From the IMG/VR virus record IMGVR_UViG_3300043443_000209, positions 1 through 63,968 of that record: 63,968 bases of DNA; one strand, 5' to 3'. Source of the DNA: a virus (taxonomy: Duplodnaviria; Caudoviricetes). Under the pieces are notes generated by a model. The model searched no databases. It worked only from the letters and a program-made list of their open reading frames with translations, and had not been told where the DNA came from. The translations under genes were made by a program, and so were the position numbers. Below are positions 1 through 9,854 of the stretch, piece after piece (within the stretch, counting starts at the first letter, position 1; each line of letters starts with the position of its first letter).

Positions 1-43
1 ATGGAGTGCTTTAATCTATGATGAACACAAACAACAATATGAA

Positions 44-694
44 TTAGATATAACCGTATAACCATTTTCTGCGGGATTCGGCATCTACCACATCGGTTTG
101 ACCCTTAGCAAAGGTTCCTGATAGTGGTTGTACTGAAAGTGCAGTAGTTAGAGTATAAATTGTATAGGTCTTGTTAGCAGCATTAATGTCAGAAATTAAT
201 GCGATTTCTGAACCATGATATGCTGTATCGATGAATAGGTTGTTACCACCAACATTGATAGCTACTGCTAGGTTATTTGGAGCAGCAGAAAGGAAGGTGA
301 TTCCATTGCTTGTTCCATTTGTGGAAAGAACACTTAAGCTAAAGGCTGCAAGGTCTGCCTGTGTAAGATTTTTAACATATGGTTTGGTTACACCAACGGT
401 TGTAAGGAATGGGTTGATGGTGTAGACCGAATATGCTCTGACATTATTATCAAGAGCTTTAACGACTGCCACTTGTTGACCAGCATATGCAGTATCGATT
501 GCAAATCTTGATCCATCAATTGTGTAATAGATCAATGCATCATCTAAAGTTGCAACTGGAGTGAATGCAATACCAACATCGTTGGTTGAAAGAGAAATAA
601 TGTTAACACCTGAACCAGATAATGCAGAACCGATTAGCTGTGGGTTAGAATACTTTGCAGCGGAAAGTAGGGTTGTTGTGAATGCGTATGACAT
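44..694 (-). CDS. Putative capsid decoration or virion protein with an internal two-domain duplication
   Basis: Directly downstream of the major capsid gene, with its own TAAATA-N5-ATG. Two similar halves (..GIAF..FAIDTAYAGQQVAVV..YSVYTI / ..GITF..LFIDTAYHGSEIALI..YTIYTL). Function inferred from position. Confidence 0.55.
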   Translation of the reverse strand: MSYAFTTTLLSAAKYSNPQLIGSALSGSGVNIISLSTNDVGIAFTPVATLDDALIYYTIDGSRFAIDTAYAGQQVAVVKALDNNVRAYSVYTINPFLTTVGVTKPYVKNLTQADLAAFSLSVLSTNGTSNGITFLSAAPNNLAVAINVGGNNLFIDTAYHGSEIALISDINAANKTYTIYTLTTALSVQPLSGTFAKGQTDVVDAESRRKWLYGYI

Positions 695-699
695 ACTAT

Positions 700-705
700 T
701 ATTTA
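700..705 (-). promoter_or_regulatory. T4-type late promoter core TAAATA (representative copy)
   Basis: The same TAAATA-N5/6-start arrangement recurs at 3668, 4345, 4836, 18540, 22387, 23509, 27418, 27859, 36928(+), 39629, 40475, 41448, 42495, 55738, 58386(+) and 63148(+); a gp55 gene is present in the window. Confidence 0.75.
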
Positions 706-751
706 GTATTTGATCTATAAAAAAAGTAAAATAACGTAAAAATAAGCAAAG

Positions 752-782
752 AAAAAGGGAGGGTCTTCGGCCCCTCCCTTTT
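752..782 (-). terminator. Rho-independent terminator after the major capsid gene (possibly bidirectional)
   Basis: aaaaagggagggtc-ttcg-gcccctccctttt: GC-rich hairpin flanked by A and T tracts, about 27 nt past the gp23 stop. Confidence 0.85.
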
Positions 783-808
783 AAAATCGATGCTATTTGC
801 CTTTTTAC

Positions 809-2269
809 TTACAGATAAGTCGAGACTGTACCCGGAGTAAATGCAACACCAAGACCCTTAACGATAATTAAGTGGTAGTATAGATTAGATCCGAATATGT
901 TATTAACGATACCATAACGGGTCATCAGACCAACGCGAGGAGTAAAGTTAACAGGATCGATAGCTCTTTGAACCATGATCGGGATATACGGACAGTAGAT
1001 AATACCTGTATCGTAGTACTCAGATCCCTTATAACCCATCAATGCATACTCAACAGGTTCCGACATAGTGCGGTTTCCAGTGTAGTAGTTATTTGTTGGA
1101 TAGTAAGTGGTATTTTGTACTTCGGTTCTAGTATCACGGTAAACGGTGAATCTTGCTCCTACGGTTCCTACCTTAGCGATACCAACACCAGCAGTCGAGA
1201 CTGTGCCATTGATTTCGTATACTTTGAAGTCAGGAAGCATTTCAAGGATGCTGCAAACGCGAGGAGTTGCAATAATGAAATTGGCAGCACCTCTACGGTT
1301 ACGAGCAGCCATACGGCCTGCTTCGATAATCAGTTTTTGGTAGAAAGTGAGATTTCTCTCAGCAGTCCAACGACCATCAGCACTTACAGGACTCCAGAAG
1401 GAGTATCCTGCTCCATAACCTGCGTTCATAGCAGCTTGGATCATTCTCATCACAACTTCACGGTCAATCTCAGCTTGAATTTCATAAGACATTGCGTTAG
1501 TAAGCTCGCCATCGATGTCGATGCCTTGCATATTCTTAACGTCTTGTTCAAGTTCAATAGACCAACGTGTTGCGAGTCTGCGTGTTCCAGCCTCAACGGA
1601 GGTTTTTTCGAATTTCATCTCAATTTGAGGAATACGGCCAGTGGCTTCATAGTTCTCAAGAAGTTGGGCTACACCCTGATCTTGATGTGAGAAGATCCAT
1701 TGATCGTTACCTGATAATGCACCAGAAGATACACCAGTGAAACGAGTATCAAGTAATTGATATCCGAGTTCATTGGTAACAGCATTGGAGTTACCAGTAT
1801 ATCCAAGACCGGGATTTGTACCACCAGTTGCAGCAGTCTTACCCACACCGTCCACATCACTCAAGTATGTTGATTGATATTGATAGCGGAGAGCAAATGC
1901 TAAACCGACAGGTCCACCCATTGGTTGGACACCGCAAATCTCTTGCGAGACTAATTCGGGGAAAGTACGTCTAATCATCGGAATAAGGATCTTTGGAAGT
2001 CTGGAGTCACCAGCAGCATAATTGTCGCCATTCACTTGAGCTTGCGGACCTGAGCCAGCAGCAGTTGTTGCGCCAAAGACACCACCAGAAGTTCCGGCTT
2101 CGTTAAGACACCATCTCTCTTGGTTCTCCATGAGTATAGCAGTTGTGCGATAAACGTGTTCATTTTGGATTTCAGCCACATCTTTCGAAGTGTAGTCCAG
2201 AATGCCTTTCCATTTTTCGACAATAGCATTTACGCTCTGTGGAGACATGTGTTGAGGGATATTATTCAT
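809..2269 (-). CDS. gp23: Major capsid protein (T4 gp23-like)
   Basis: Motifs EKW..ILD, TAILMENQE, IPMIRRTFPEL...GVQPMGGPVGLAFALR, ELEQDVKNMQGID, EIQAEIDREV, GYKG..YDTGIIYCPYIP, PRVGLMTRYG. Confidence 0.97.
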   Translation of the reverse strand: MNNIPQHMSPQSVNAIVEKWKGILDYTSKDVAEIQNEHVYRTTAILMENQERWCLNEAGTSGGVFGATTAAGSGPQAQVNGDNYAAGDSRLPKILIPMIRRTFPELVSQEICGVQPMGGPVGLAFALRYQYQSTYLSDVDGVGKTAATGGTNPGLGYTGNSNAVTNELGYQLLDTRFTGVSSGALSGNDQWIFSHQDQGVAQLLENYEATGRIPQIEMKFEKTSVEAGTRRLATRWSIELEQDVKNMQGIDIDGELTNAMSYEIQAEIDREVVMRMIQAAMNAGYGAGYSFWSPVSADGRWTAERNLTFYQKLIIEAGRMAARNRRGAANFIIATPRVCSILEMLPDFKVYEINGTVSTAGVGIAKVGTVGARFTVYRDTRTEVQNTTYYPTNNYYTGNRTMSEPVEYALMGYKGSEYYDTGIIYCPYIPIMVQRAIDPVNFTPRVGLMTRYGIVNNIFGSNLYYHLIIVKGLGVAFTPGTVSTYL

Positions 2270-2298
2270 AATAATAGTTTCTTTCTATTTGTTCGTTC

Positions 2299-2312
2299 AG
2301 GTCTTGTGACCT
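2299..2312 (-). promoter_or_regulatory. Small hairpin in the gp22-gp23 intergenic leader
   Basis: AGGTC-ACAA-GACCT on the minus strand, upstream of the gp23 ATG; possible mRNA processing or stabilising element. Confidence 0.35.
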
Positions 2313-2329
2313 CATAGTTCTTGGTGAAA

Positions 2330-3223
2330 TTACATTAATCCTTTACCTTTAGAAAGGACTGATAGATAATCGTTTTCAAGGGGGTTAACGGATTCAGATT
2401 TCTTCTCTTCGATTACTTTCTTATCCACTTTAGATGCAACAAAGTCGGGAACAACTTTTCTGCTCTTGATTGCTTCTTCTTTAAGATTTTCGCGTCTGCT
2501 CTTGTCTTGTTTATCAAACAGACGAGAAACATAGTCGAAGTTTTCTTCAATAAATTTTGGAGACTTATCAGAAAGGGCTTTTCTGACAAACTTTTTCTTG
2601 TCTTCAGAGAATTTTGCAGTCTTCTCTTCAAGAATGGAAGTAACCTTCATCTTTTCGTGTTGTTCAAGAAGGGCTTCATACTTTTTCTTAAGGTCTACAT
2701 TTTCCTTAGCAAGCGTGTCGATTTGTTTCTTACCATCGATCATGGCATCTTTGATAGAATCCTTCATCACAGCAGAATCAACGGCTAGAACACCACGAAG
2801 GTTTTCCAGAACCACATATGCATTCTTATTCTTAACAGCTTCTTCAATACCTAGATTATCTAGAGACTCTTTAAGGTATTCGTCTAAATAGCTGCTGATA
2901 GACTCCACAAGTTGAGCTTTGAACTTTGCGGCTTCTTTTTTATTAGCCTTTTCATAAATCTTGCTAAGAGTTTGTAACTTTTTAGCATTTGACTTATCGA
3001 TTGATTCGGCAATCAATTTCATCTTTGCTGTATGATCCTTATCGATTGACTCGATCAGGTTTGCCAACTTGGTAGCATAGATTTCGTCTTGTTCTAGAAG
3101 AGCAGCTTCAACACTTAAATCAACCTTATGATTAAATGCTTGTTCAATTGCTGCAAGAGTTTCTTCGCTCAATACCTTTTGAACGTCCTCCGAGAATAAT
3201 TGTTTTAATTTGTTTTTGTCCAT
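2330..3223 (-). CDS. gp22: Prohead core scaffolding protein (gp22-like)
   Basis: Coiled-coil E/K-rich protein directly upstream of gp23, with LVESISSYLDEYL resembling gp22. Start moved to MDKNKLKQ (3223). Confidence 0.85.
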   Translation of the reverse strand: MDKNKLKQLFSEDVQKVLSEETLAAIEQAFNHKVDLSVEAALLEQDEIYATKLANLIESIDKDHTAKMKLIAESIDKSNAKKLQTLSKIYEKANKKEAAKFKAQLVESISSYLDEYLKESLDNLGIEEAVKNKNAYVVLENLRGVLAVDSAVMKDSIKDAMIDGKKQIDTLAKENVDLKKKYEALLEQHEKMKVTSILEEKTAKFSEDKKKFVRKALSDKSPKFIEENFDYVSRLFDKQDKSRRENLKEEAIKSRKVVPDFVASKVDKKVIEEKKSESVNPLENDYLSVLSKGKGLM

Positions 3224-3227
3224 GATT

Positions 3228-3662
3228 TTAGAATAGTGGTTTGGCGAATTCTTGTTCAATGCGTTTTTGAACTTTTTTCGCAATTGCGTTATTAATATAT
3301 TTATTCGCAGCAGCATAATTTTTATCGAAAATATGCTTAACAAACTCGTTTATATCGGTATTTTCATCTAAATTCTCATTTCTATCATAAGAACCCTTAC
3401 CTTTTTTGGGTTTATGAGCTTTAGTTAATGGAGCATACTTTTTACGCTCTTTTACCTTTGGACCTTTAAAGGTGGCTTTACCATCCTTTTCAATCTTCTT
3501 AGAAATCTTTTCTTCGTCCTCATCTTTGATGAAGTCGTCAACCTGATCTTCGGTCATTTCTTTTGATGCTTTTTTGGCAGCACCAGATACATTCTTCTGG
3601 CCTTTTTTAGCACCTTTTACAGCACCGAAGAATTTTTTCTGCTTTTCTGATTTAGCTGGCAT
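3228..3662 (-). CDS. Putative prohead core protein (gp67/68-like C-terminus) with a basic N-terminus and an ArfA-like motif
   Basis: Lies between gp21 and gp22. N-terminal MPAKSEKQKKFFGAV, central HKPKKGKGSYDR, C-terminal helical DINEFVKHIFDKNYAAANKYINNAI. Confidence 0.55.
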   Translation of the reverse strand: MPAKSEKQKKFFGAVKGAKKGQKNVSGAAKKASKEMTEDQVDDFIKDEDEEKISKKIEKDGKATFKGPKVKERKKYAPLTKAHKPKKGKGSYDRNENLDENTDINEFVKHIFDKNYAAANKYINNAIAKKVQKRIEQEFAKPLF

Positions 3663-3670
3663 AGTAGTAT

Positions 3671-4339
3671 TTATCCTAATGAGTTAATAAATTTGATAAC
3701 TTGTTCACGAAGAAACGCATCTATGTCCTTTTTTGGCAGTTTTGAGATGGTTTTTTCGAAATCTTCATACAATTCCTCAAATCTTCCGCTTTCGTCTAGG
3801 ACGAAGCTCTTGGATTCTAGAATTCCATTAACAAATGCTTTTGGATAGCTTGGGTCTGCAACTGCATCAATTGCGACTAGGTAAAGGTTCTCAACTAGAT
3901 TATAATCGGCATTTTCCTTTAAAGAACCCAAGGCTCTTGTGGAAACACCCACCTTAACTCCATCATTAATAAGGGATCTTAAAATTTGACCACAGGGAGT
4001 AGATAGCACCTTTGACTTACCGTGGAAACCACCTTCTTCTTCATAAAGCTCTGTAACTAAGTGACATGCTCTTTCAAGATTAACATCAGCAGAACTTGGG
4101 TGATTCAATTCCCCCATTGCTCTTCCCGGTTTAACCATCTCTTCAATGTATCTATTTACATCTTTTCTGGTTTCGTCTAATCCATATAGTCTCTTGTTTT
4201 TGTTAACTATATCACAACCAATGAATGGTCCCTTGATATATAGAGTGGACTGTCCCTTTAGATTAGCTTGTTCTTCAACATATTCATAGTTGTCGAATGC
4301 ATCGGGATTCTCTGCAATTAATTTTAATTTTAGTGCCAT
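3671..4339 (-). CDS. gp21: Prohead protease (gp21-like)
   Basis: LYIKGPF, NKNKRLY, RAMGELNHP, TPCGQI, GVSTRALGSL, DAVADPS. Start moved to MALKLKL. Confidence 0.95.
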   Translation of the reverse strand: MALKLKLIAENPDAFDNYEYVEEQANLKGQSTLYIKGPFIGCDIVNKNKRLYGLDETRKDVNRYIEEMVKPGRAMGELNHPSSADVNLERACHLVTELYEEEGGFHGKSKVLSTPCGQILRSLINDGVKVGVSTRALGSLKENADYNLVENLYLVAIDAVADPSYPKAFVNGILESKSFVLDESGRFEELYEDFEKTISKLPKKDIDAFLREQVIKFINSLG

Positions 4340-4368
4340 GTATATATTTATTGTATTTTTTCTAAATT

Positions 4369-4830
4369 CTATTGATTTAGTTCCTTTTCTGTAATAATAA
4401 TGAACTCCATACCACGTTTTTTGGCAAATTCTCTGGCTGATGGCCATTTATCATTATTATTTGCCCATTGGAGTTGTTCATATAGAACAGTAGACCTCTT
4501 TTTTCTCTTAGACTGTTTGGGTTGAACTGTCTGACTATGCGGCTTAATTTCTATTAAGTACTTCTTAATTTGATTACCTTCTAAGATTTCCACATAATTA
4601 TCCACATAATATGTCCTTTTCTTTTTCTTAACAGAATCATAGTAAGGAATCTTTACGGACTCACTGGACCATTTAAGAATTGTGTCTGTACGGTCACACC
4701 ATAACATGAACTTTAACTCCAGACCTGATCTATACACAATTGGACCTTTACCTAAGTATTTCTCAGGATGAATAGGATTATAGAATCCCTGCTTAAACCT
4801 TTTATCTCTTATTAGTTTTAAGTCCCCCAT
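4369..4830 (-). CDS. gp4: Head completion nuclease (gp4-like)
   Basis: P.KYLG..PIVYRSGLELKFMLWCD, WSSE..KIPY, YYVD, IEIKP, N..KW..A, F.IITE. Confidence 0.92.
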   Translation of the reverse strand: MGDLKLIRDKRFKQGFYNPIHPEKYLGKGPIVYRSGLELKFMLWCDRTDTILKWSSESVKIPYYDSVKKKKRTYYVDNYVEILEGNQIKKYLIEIKPHSQTVQPKQSKRKKRSTVLYEQLQWANNNDKWPSAREFAKKRGMEFIIITEKELNQ

Positions 4831-4834
4831 AAAA

Positions 4835-5065
4835 TTATTTACTATCGGTCTTTATAATAGTAACATCGGACTTGATAGCTTTCATCTGTTCTTCAAGTCT
4901 AGCTATTCTAATTTCAATAGTGAGATTTCTAGTAACTTCCTCTTTAATGCGATTTTCCATGCGGTCTTTCAAGGTTAGCCACATACCAACAGATCCCACC
5001 ACTATTCCTATCAATGTCCCAATTGTTGCTAAAAGTTTACCGTTCATGTTATTATCCTTTGTCAT
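4835..5065 (-). CDS. Small membrane protein (one TM helix plus coiled coil; possibly holin-like)
   Basis: Hydrophobic LLATIGTLIGIVVGSVGMWLTL followed by RIARLEEQM heptads. Confidence 0.5.
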   Translation of the reverse strand: MTKDNNMNGKLLATIGTLIGIVVGSVGMWLTLKDRMENRIKEEVTRNLTIEIRIARLEEQMKAIKSDVTIIKTDSK

Positions 5066-5070
5066 ATTAT

Positions 5071-5376
5071 TTACTCCAAGTTAACTATTTTAAGAGATTC
5101 AAATACTTCAGAAGATACCACTTCTGACTCATCTATACTAGATAGGGTTAATTTAGAGAATGGCTTATGGAATATACCGTTTGGATGTGTTTCAGTGATT
5201 ATATCCGCAGATATAGCATAACGACCATCGCTTAATAATATGGGAGTTACGCGCATATTAGATGTGGGATCTTGAACAGAAAGAATTATATTATTCTGTT
5301 GAGGAGTCAATATAATAAATAATTCCCTCAATTCTGAGTAATCTTTAATAGTTTCTAACAATTCTCTTGTAGTCAT
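5071..5376 (-). CDS. Hypothetical protein
   Basis: 101-aa ORF tightly packed in the structural operon. Confidence 0.7.
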   Translation of the reverse strand: MTTRELLETIKDYSELRELFIILTPQQNNIILSVQDPTSNMRVTPILLSDGRYAISADIITETHPNGIFHKPFSKLTLSSIDESEVVSSEVFESLKIVNLE

Positions 5377-5378
5377 AA

Positions 5379-6179
5379 TTATCTTAATACTGATGAAACG
5401 GAATCGACATAGGTTCTAAATACTGATTCCATTGTCGCTAAATCTATGGAAGACCCTATAGCTCCTCCCCTACCTCTATGGTCTGAATGCTGGAACACGT
5501 TTATTCCATCGTCTTCACCAGTGGCGTAAAAAATTATTTGTTGTGATCCGGGTGCGGCTGATGTTTGGGTATTACTTTGATCCGCTTGACCTCCTCGACT
5601 TATCCATTCAGAAGCTCCAGTTCTTGACATTCCAATTAGCCCAACAGCATTAGCATTAGCATCGGTAGTAACCGCACCAAGACACCTTACTCTCAGAGTG
5701 GTAGCTGTGTCGTAACGCATAGCAAAGTCATCAGTTCCCCCCGCAACTCGCCCACCACCAGCGTAATGACGAACGTTTGAGGAGGCTGTTGCTTGTAAAT
5801 ATTCCCAAATTGATCTATCATTTTGTGGAAGTAGATTATTGGTTATTCCGCTATATAAATATTTGGTTGACCCGTCTCCCAATAGTCCCGTAATTCTATT
5901 ATAATCAGCAGATACAAAATTATTATTAGTCCAAGATTTATTTGGACTTTTAATATCAATTAATGCTCCCGCGAGAGTTCTTGCGCCCATCCTGACAGTC
6001 ATTGATGATGTTTGATACCATAAAGAATAATTCTTCATATCAAGAACTAACTTATTCATGGCTCTCTTCACGTCTTGTTCTAGATATGAACTATCTGCAT
6101 CCTCCACAGCATTTATCCAAGTCTTAGCGTCTGGATCTAAATGTAAAGTTGTAGTATATAAATTTCTAGTTATAAACAT
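5379..6179 (-). CDS. Hypothetical virion or fibre-associated protein
   Basis: 266 aa, G/S/T-rich beta-type sequence after an N-terminal DPDAKTWINAVEDAD helix; follows the fibre gene. Confidence 0.6.
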   Translation of the reverse strand: MFITRNLYTTTLHLDPDAKTWINAVEDADSSYLEQDVKRAMNKLVLDMKNYSLWYQTSSMTVRMGARTLAGALIDIKSPNKSWTNNNFVSADYNRITGLLGDGSTKYLYSGITNNLLPQNDRSIWEYLQATASSNVRHYAGGGRVAGGTDDFAMRYDTATTLRVRCLGAVTTDANANAVGLIGMSRTGASEWISRGGQADQSNTQTSAAPGSQQIIFYATGEDDGINVFQHSDHRGRGGAIGSSIDLATMESVFRTYVDSVSSVLR

Positions 6180-6185
6180 AATGTA

Positions 6186-9100
6186 TTATGGAGTATAATT
6201 TTGTGCTACTGTTCCATACCAATTTCTTCCATCGGCAAAGAATGAAAAAATATCTATTCTAGATGCGGAAATTGATAGGGTTGGTGATGTATTATTTGGC
6301 CATTTAACATTTACGAAGTTGCCTGATAAGTTAGTAGTTCCTGTGCTTAGTAATAGAACAAAAGAGGTTCCCGGTGTTTTTGCTGGCATGTTAAATGCAC
6401 AGTTTGATGTTAGGGTTATTGTTTGGAATGTTCCGTTAGCAAGTGATAATGTTATCGAAGATCCATAGAATCCTAATGTTACTGGTGTTTCTCTATATTC
6501 TTCAACAACTAATTCTGTTGAAGTTAGACTTCCAACTTTCAACCCACCACCACTATCGCTCTTAAGAACACTTAGAGGAGATACAGTAGCATCAGATGTT
6601 GCGCCATTAACTAAGAAGTAAGTGGTGTCCCAATTTGCAGAAGATGCACGAACCTTTGAAGATGCTTGAACATCATCCTGCCATGTAGTAGAGAGATTTG
6701 TTACAGTATTGTAAGTGCTTACCCATGTTCCAGAAAGATTAGTAACAGTATTGTAATTAGACTCCCACTTAGCACTAAGATTGGTAAGTGTATTGTAGGT
6801 AGAATCCCAAACAGCACTACTTGCACGAATCTTGGCAGATGCATATGTATCATCCTGCCATGTGGAGCTTAAGTTGAAAACTGTAAGATTTGTAGAATCC
6901 CAAGCACCACTTCTGGTATTAACAGTGTTGTAAGCACTATTCCAGTTAGTGGAAAGATTAGTGACAGTGTTGTAATTAGACTCCCATTTGTCACTTAGGT
7001 TGAAAACCGTAAGGTTGGTAGAATCCCATGCACCACTTCTAGTATTAACTGTGCTGTATGCACTCTGCCAATTACCTGAAAGATTAGTAACAGTGTTATA
7101 GTTCGATTCCCACTTGTTACTTAAATTGTAAACCGTAAGATTGGTTGAATCCCAAGCACCACTTCTAGTGTTGACAGTGTTATAAGCACTCTGCCAGTTG
7201 CTGCTGAAGCTGTTTACTGTATTATTAGTAGAATCCCATGCCGACATTCTAGCATAGGTATTTTCCCACCCATTGCTCAAATTGTATACAGTAAGATTTG
7301 TAGAATCCCATGCACCACTTCTAGTGTTAGTTGTGTTATAAGCACTATTCCAATTACTACTCAGTGTATTGACAGTATTATATGCACTCTCCCAATTACT
7401 TGAAAGCGATCCTAAATATGCGAGATCGTCAAGAAGAGCAAATGTTCCATCTTTATCAGGAAGTTGATAACCTCTCTTACCTGTTAAGAGATTGTTAGTC
7501 TTAATATTACCCGTAAACCCGCTAGAATCTCGCGCACCTATTGTTAATATTTGACCTACCACAGTATCGCCAGCGGTATAAATCCCTGTTACTGATAATA
7601 GACCAGATCCCGTTGTTGATTTTAGTAATGTATTTGCATATGTGACACCATCCGTTGTTGCGCTTAAGACTTGACTATATGCGGTGTTCCAATTAGAACT
7701 AAAGCTGTTTACTGTATTATTAGTAGCATCCCATGCAGACATTCTAGCATAAGCAGTATCCCAATTAGCACTACTTGCGCGAACTTTGGTAGATACTGCT
7801 GTATCATCCCCATTATCTACTGCCCAAGAAGTACTAAGGGCATTGACAGTAGAGTAGACAGTATTCCAATTTGCAGAAACATTAAATACCGTATTATATG
7901 TAGATTGCCAATTAGATGACAGGGATCTTACACCTATCAAATTATCAGAAATATCCCCAAGTACTGCAATAGACCCATCCCTTACAGGCCAATAAACATT
8001 CACATCAGATAATAATCCACTCGCATGAACAGTAACTTGGTATGGAGATCCACCATCTTTATGCCAAAGTGGATAGTCAATAAATGTACCATTATTTCCA
8101 ATGGTTAAATAACCCAAAGTTATTCCACTAGAACTATCAGATTTGATGAGACTGTTTGGTTGGGATATCGCATTTGGTGTAGCATTAATGGCACTAAGAT
8201 AAGCACTATCCCATAGTGCAGACATATATCTAACTTTAGCAGATGCTTGAGTATCATCCGTGTTGTTCCACGTTGTACTAAGAGCGTTAACAGTAGAATA
8301 TGTTGTATTCCAATTTGCAGAAACATTTGTTACGGTATTGTAATTTGATTCCCATTTTCCACTAAAACTGTTAACAGTGTTGTTAGTAGTATCATATGCA
8401 GACATTCTTGCATAGGTATTATCCCAATTTGCACTACTTGCTCTAACCTTTAATGACGCTTGAGTATCGTCCGTATTATCTACTGCCCAAGAAGTGCTAA
8501 GAGCATTTACTGTAGAGTATACAGTATTCCAATTTGCGGAAACATTCGTTACAGTGTTATAAACACTCACCCATGTTCCAGAAAGATTAGTGGTTGTATT
8601 ATAATTTGATTCCCATTTGTCACTTAAGTTATATACAGTAAGATTAGTAGCATTCCATGCAGACATTCTAGCATAGGTGTTATCCCAATTGGCTGATGAT
8701 GCTCTAACCTTAGCAGAAACCTGTGTATCATCATCGATATTAAACCATTGGCTAGAAATGTTAGTAACAGTGTTATAGGTAGCATCCCAATTTGCAGAAG
8801 ATGAACGAACCTTAGACGAAGCCTGTGTGTCGTCCGCATTATCTACTGCCCAAGAAGTACTAAGGGCATTGACAGTAGAGTAGACAGTATTCCAATTTGC
8901 AGATACATTTGTGACCGTATTGTAGTTTGATTCCCACTTATCACTAAGACTATTAACAGTATTGTTAGTAGAATCCCATGCGGACATTCTAGCATAGGTG
9001 TTATCCCAATTAGCACTACTTGCGCGAACTTTAGACGAAACTTGTGTGTCATCATCTATGTTAAACCACTGACTAGAAATGTTAGTAACGGTGTTATAAG

Positions 9101-9854
9101 TTGAATCCCATTTACTTGAAAGACTATACAGAGAATTATTAGTGGAATCCCATGCAGACATTCTAGCATAAGTATTATCCCAATTTGCGCTACTTGCTCT
9201 AACCTTTAGGGACACTTGGGTATCGTCTCCATTGTCTACTGCCCATGATGTACTAAGAGCATTAACAGTAGAATAAACTGTCTGCCAGTTGGCAGAAATA
9301 TTTGTTACAGTGTTATAATTTGATTCCCACTTATCACTTAAACTATACACTGAGTTGTTAGTAGAATCCCATGCGGACATTCTACTGTATGTGGTATCCC
9401 AATTAGCACTACTTGCTCTTAATTTTGTAGAAGCTCCTACATCATCATCTATGTTAAACCACTGACTAGAAACGTTAGTAACAGTGTTATATGTAGAGTC
9501 CCAGAAGGCACTAGATGCTCTCAACTTGGTAGAGGCTTCCACATCATCCTGTGAGTCTACTCCCCATGCAGCACTATTATTAAGAACTGTGGTGTAAGTG
9601 CTATCCCAAAATGCACTACTTGATCTTAACTTAGTTGATGCTTGAGTATCATCACCCCCTCCGACAATTCCCAAATAATTTGCCGCACTTAAATTTCCAT
9701 AAACAATTAGATTATTTAAAACATCGACAGAACTTACAGTAATAGACCTTGTAGCAGACAGATCAACAGTCAATGTTAATAATCCACTATCATTGATGTT
9801 CTGTTGTGCTGCCCCATCAGCTAGGTAATTACTTGTTACTTTCGTTTTAGACAT
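6186..9854 (-). CDS. Large fibre-like protein with tandem Trp-periodic repeats
   Basis: 1222 aa; many WxSxYNTVTNLSxN-type 14-aa units; phage-fibre-like C-terminus (ITLSLANGTFQTITL...KWPNNTSPTLS...DIFSFFADGRNWYG). Confidence 0.8.
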   Translation of the reverse strand: MSKTKVTSNYLADGAAQQNINDSGLLTLTVDLSATRSITVSSVDVLNNLIVYGNLSAANYLGIVGGGDDTQASTKLRSSSAFWDSTYTTVLNNSAAWGVDSQDDVEASTKLRASSAFWDSTYNTVTNVSSQWFNIDDDVGASTKLRASSANWDTTYSRMSAWDSTNNSVYSLSDKWESNYNTVTNISANWQTVYSTVNALSTSWAVDNGDDTQVSLKVRASSANWDNTYARMSAWDSTNNSLYSLSSKWDSTYNTVTNISSQWFNIDDDTQVSSKVRASSANWDNTYARMSAWDSTNNTVNSLSDKWESNYNTVTNVSANWNTVYSTVNALSTSWAVDNADDTQASSKVRSSSANWDATYNTVTNISSQWFNIDDDTQVSAKVRASSANWDNTYARMSAWNATNLTVYNLSDKWESNYNTTTNLSGTWVSVYNTVTNVSANWNTVYSTVNALSTSWAVDNTDDTQASLKVRASSANWDNTYARMSAYDTTNNTVNSFSGKWESNYNTVTNVSANWNTTYSTVNALSTTWNNTDDTQASAKVRYMSALWDSAYLSAINATPNAISQPNSLIKSDSSSGITLGYLTIGNNGTFIDYPLWHKDGGSPYQVTVHASGLLSDVNVYWPVRDGSIAVLGDISDNLIGVRSLSSNWQSTYNTVFNVSANWNTVYSTVNALSTSWAVDNGDDTAVSTKVRASSANWDTAYARMSAWDATNNTVNSFSSNWNTAYSQVLSATTDGVTYANTLLKSTTGSGLLSVTGIYTAGDTVVGQILTIGARDSSGFTGNIKTNNLLTGKRGYQLPDKDGTFALLDDLAYLGSLSSNWESAYNTVNTLSSNWNSAYNTTNTRSGAWDSTNLTVYNLSNGWENTYARMSAWDSTNNTVNSFSSNWQSAYNTVNTRSGAWDSTNLTVYNLSNKWESNYNTVTNLSGNWQSAYSTVNTRSGAWDSTNLTVFNLSDKWESNYNTVTNLSTNWNSAYNTVNTRSGAWDSTNLTVFNLSSTWQDDTYASAKIRASSAVWDSTYNTLTNLSAKWESNYNTVTNLSGTWVSTYNTVTNLSTTWQDDVQASSKVRASSANWDTTYFLVNGATSDATVSPLSVLKSDSGGGLKVGSLTSTELVVEEYRETPVTLGFYGSSITLSLANGTFQTITLTSNCAFNMPAKTPGTSFVLLLSTGTTNLSGNFVNVKWPNNTSPTLSISASRIDIFSFFADGRNWYGTVAQNYTP
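6630..9650 (-). repeat. Coding tandem repeat array (30- and 42-bp modules)
   Basis: Recurrent blocks such as gaatcccatgc.gacattctagcata and tcccaattagcactacttgc, all in frame within the ORF. Confidence 0.85.

Noticed and set aside
2-61. 3' end of a plus-strand gene entering the window (..WSALIYDEHKQQYELDITV*)
   Set aside because: Plausible but too short to support without upstream sequence.
968-1690. 240-aa plus-strand ORF and the many other short antisense or nested ORFs in the track
   Set aside because: They are shadows of well-supported genes on the opposite strand or frame and have no recognisable motifs.
6186-9854. Ice-nucleation or antifreeze protein
   Set aside because: The 14/10-aa Trp period does not match the 16-aa AGYGSTxTA ice-nucleation repeat or regular TxT ladders.
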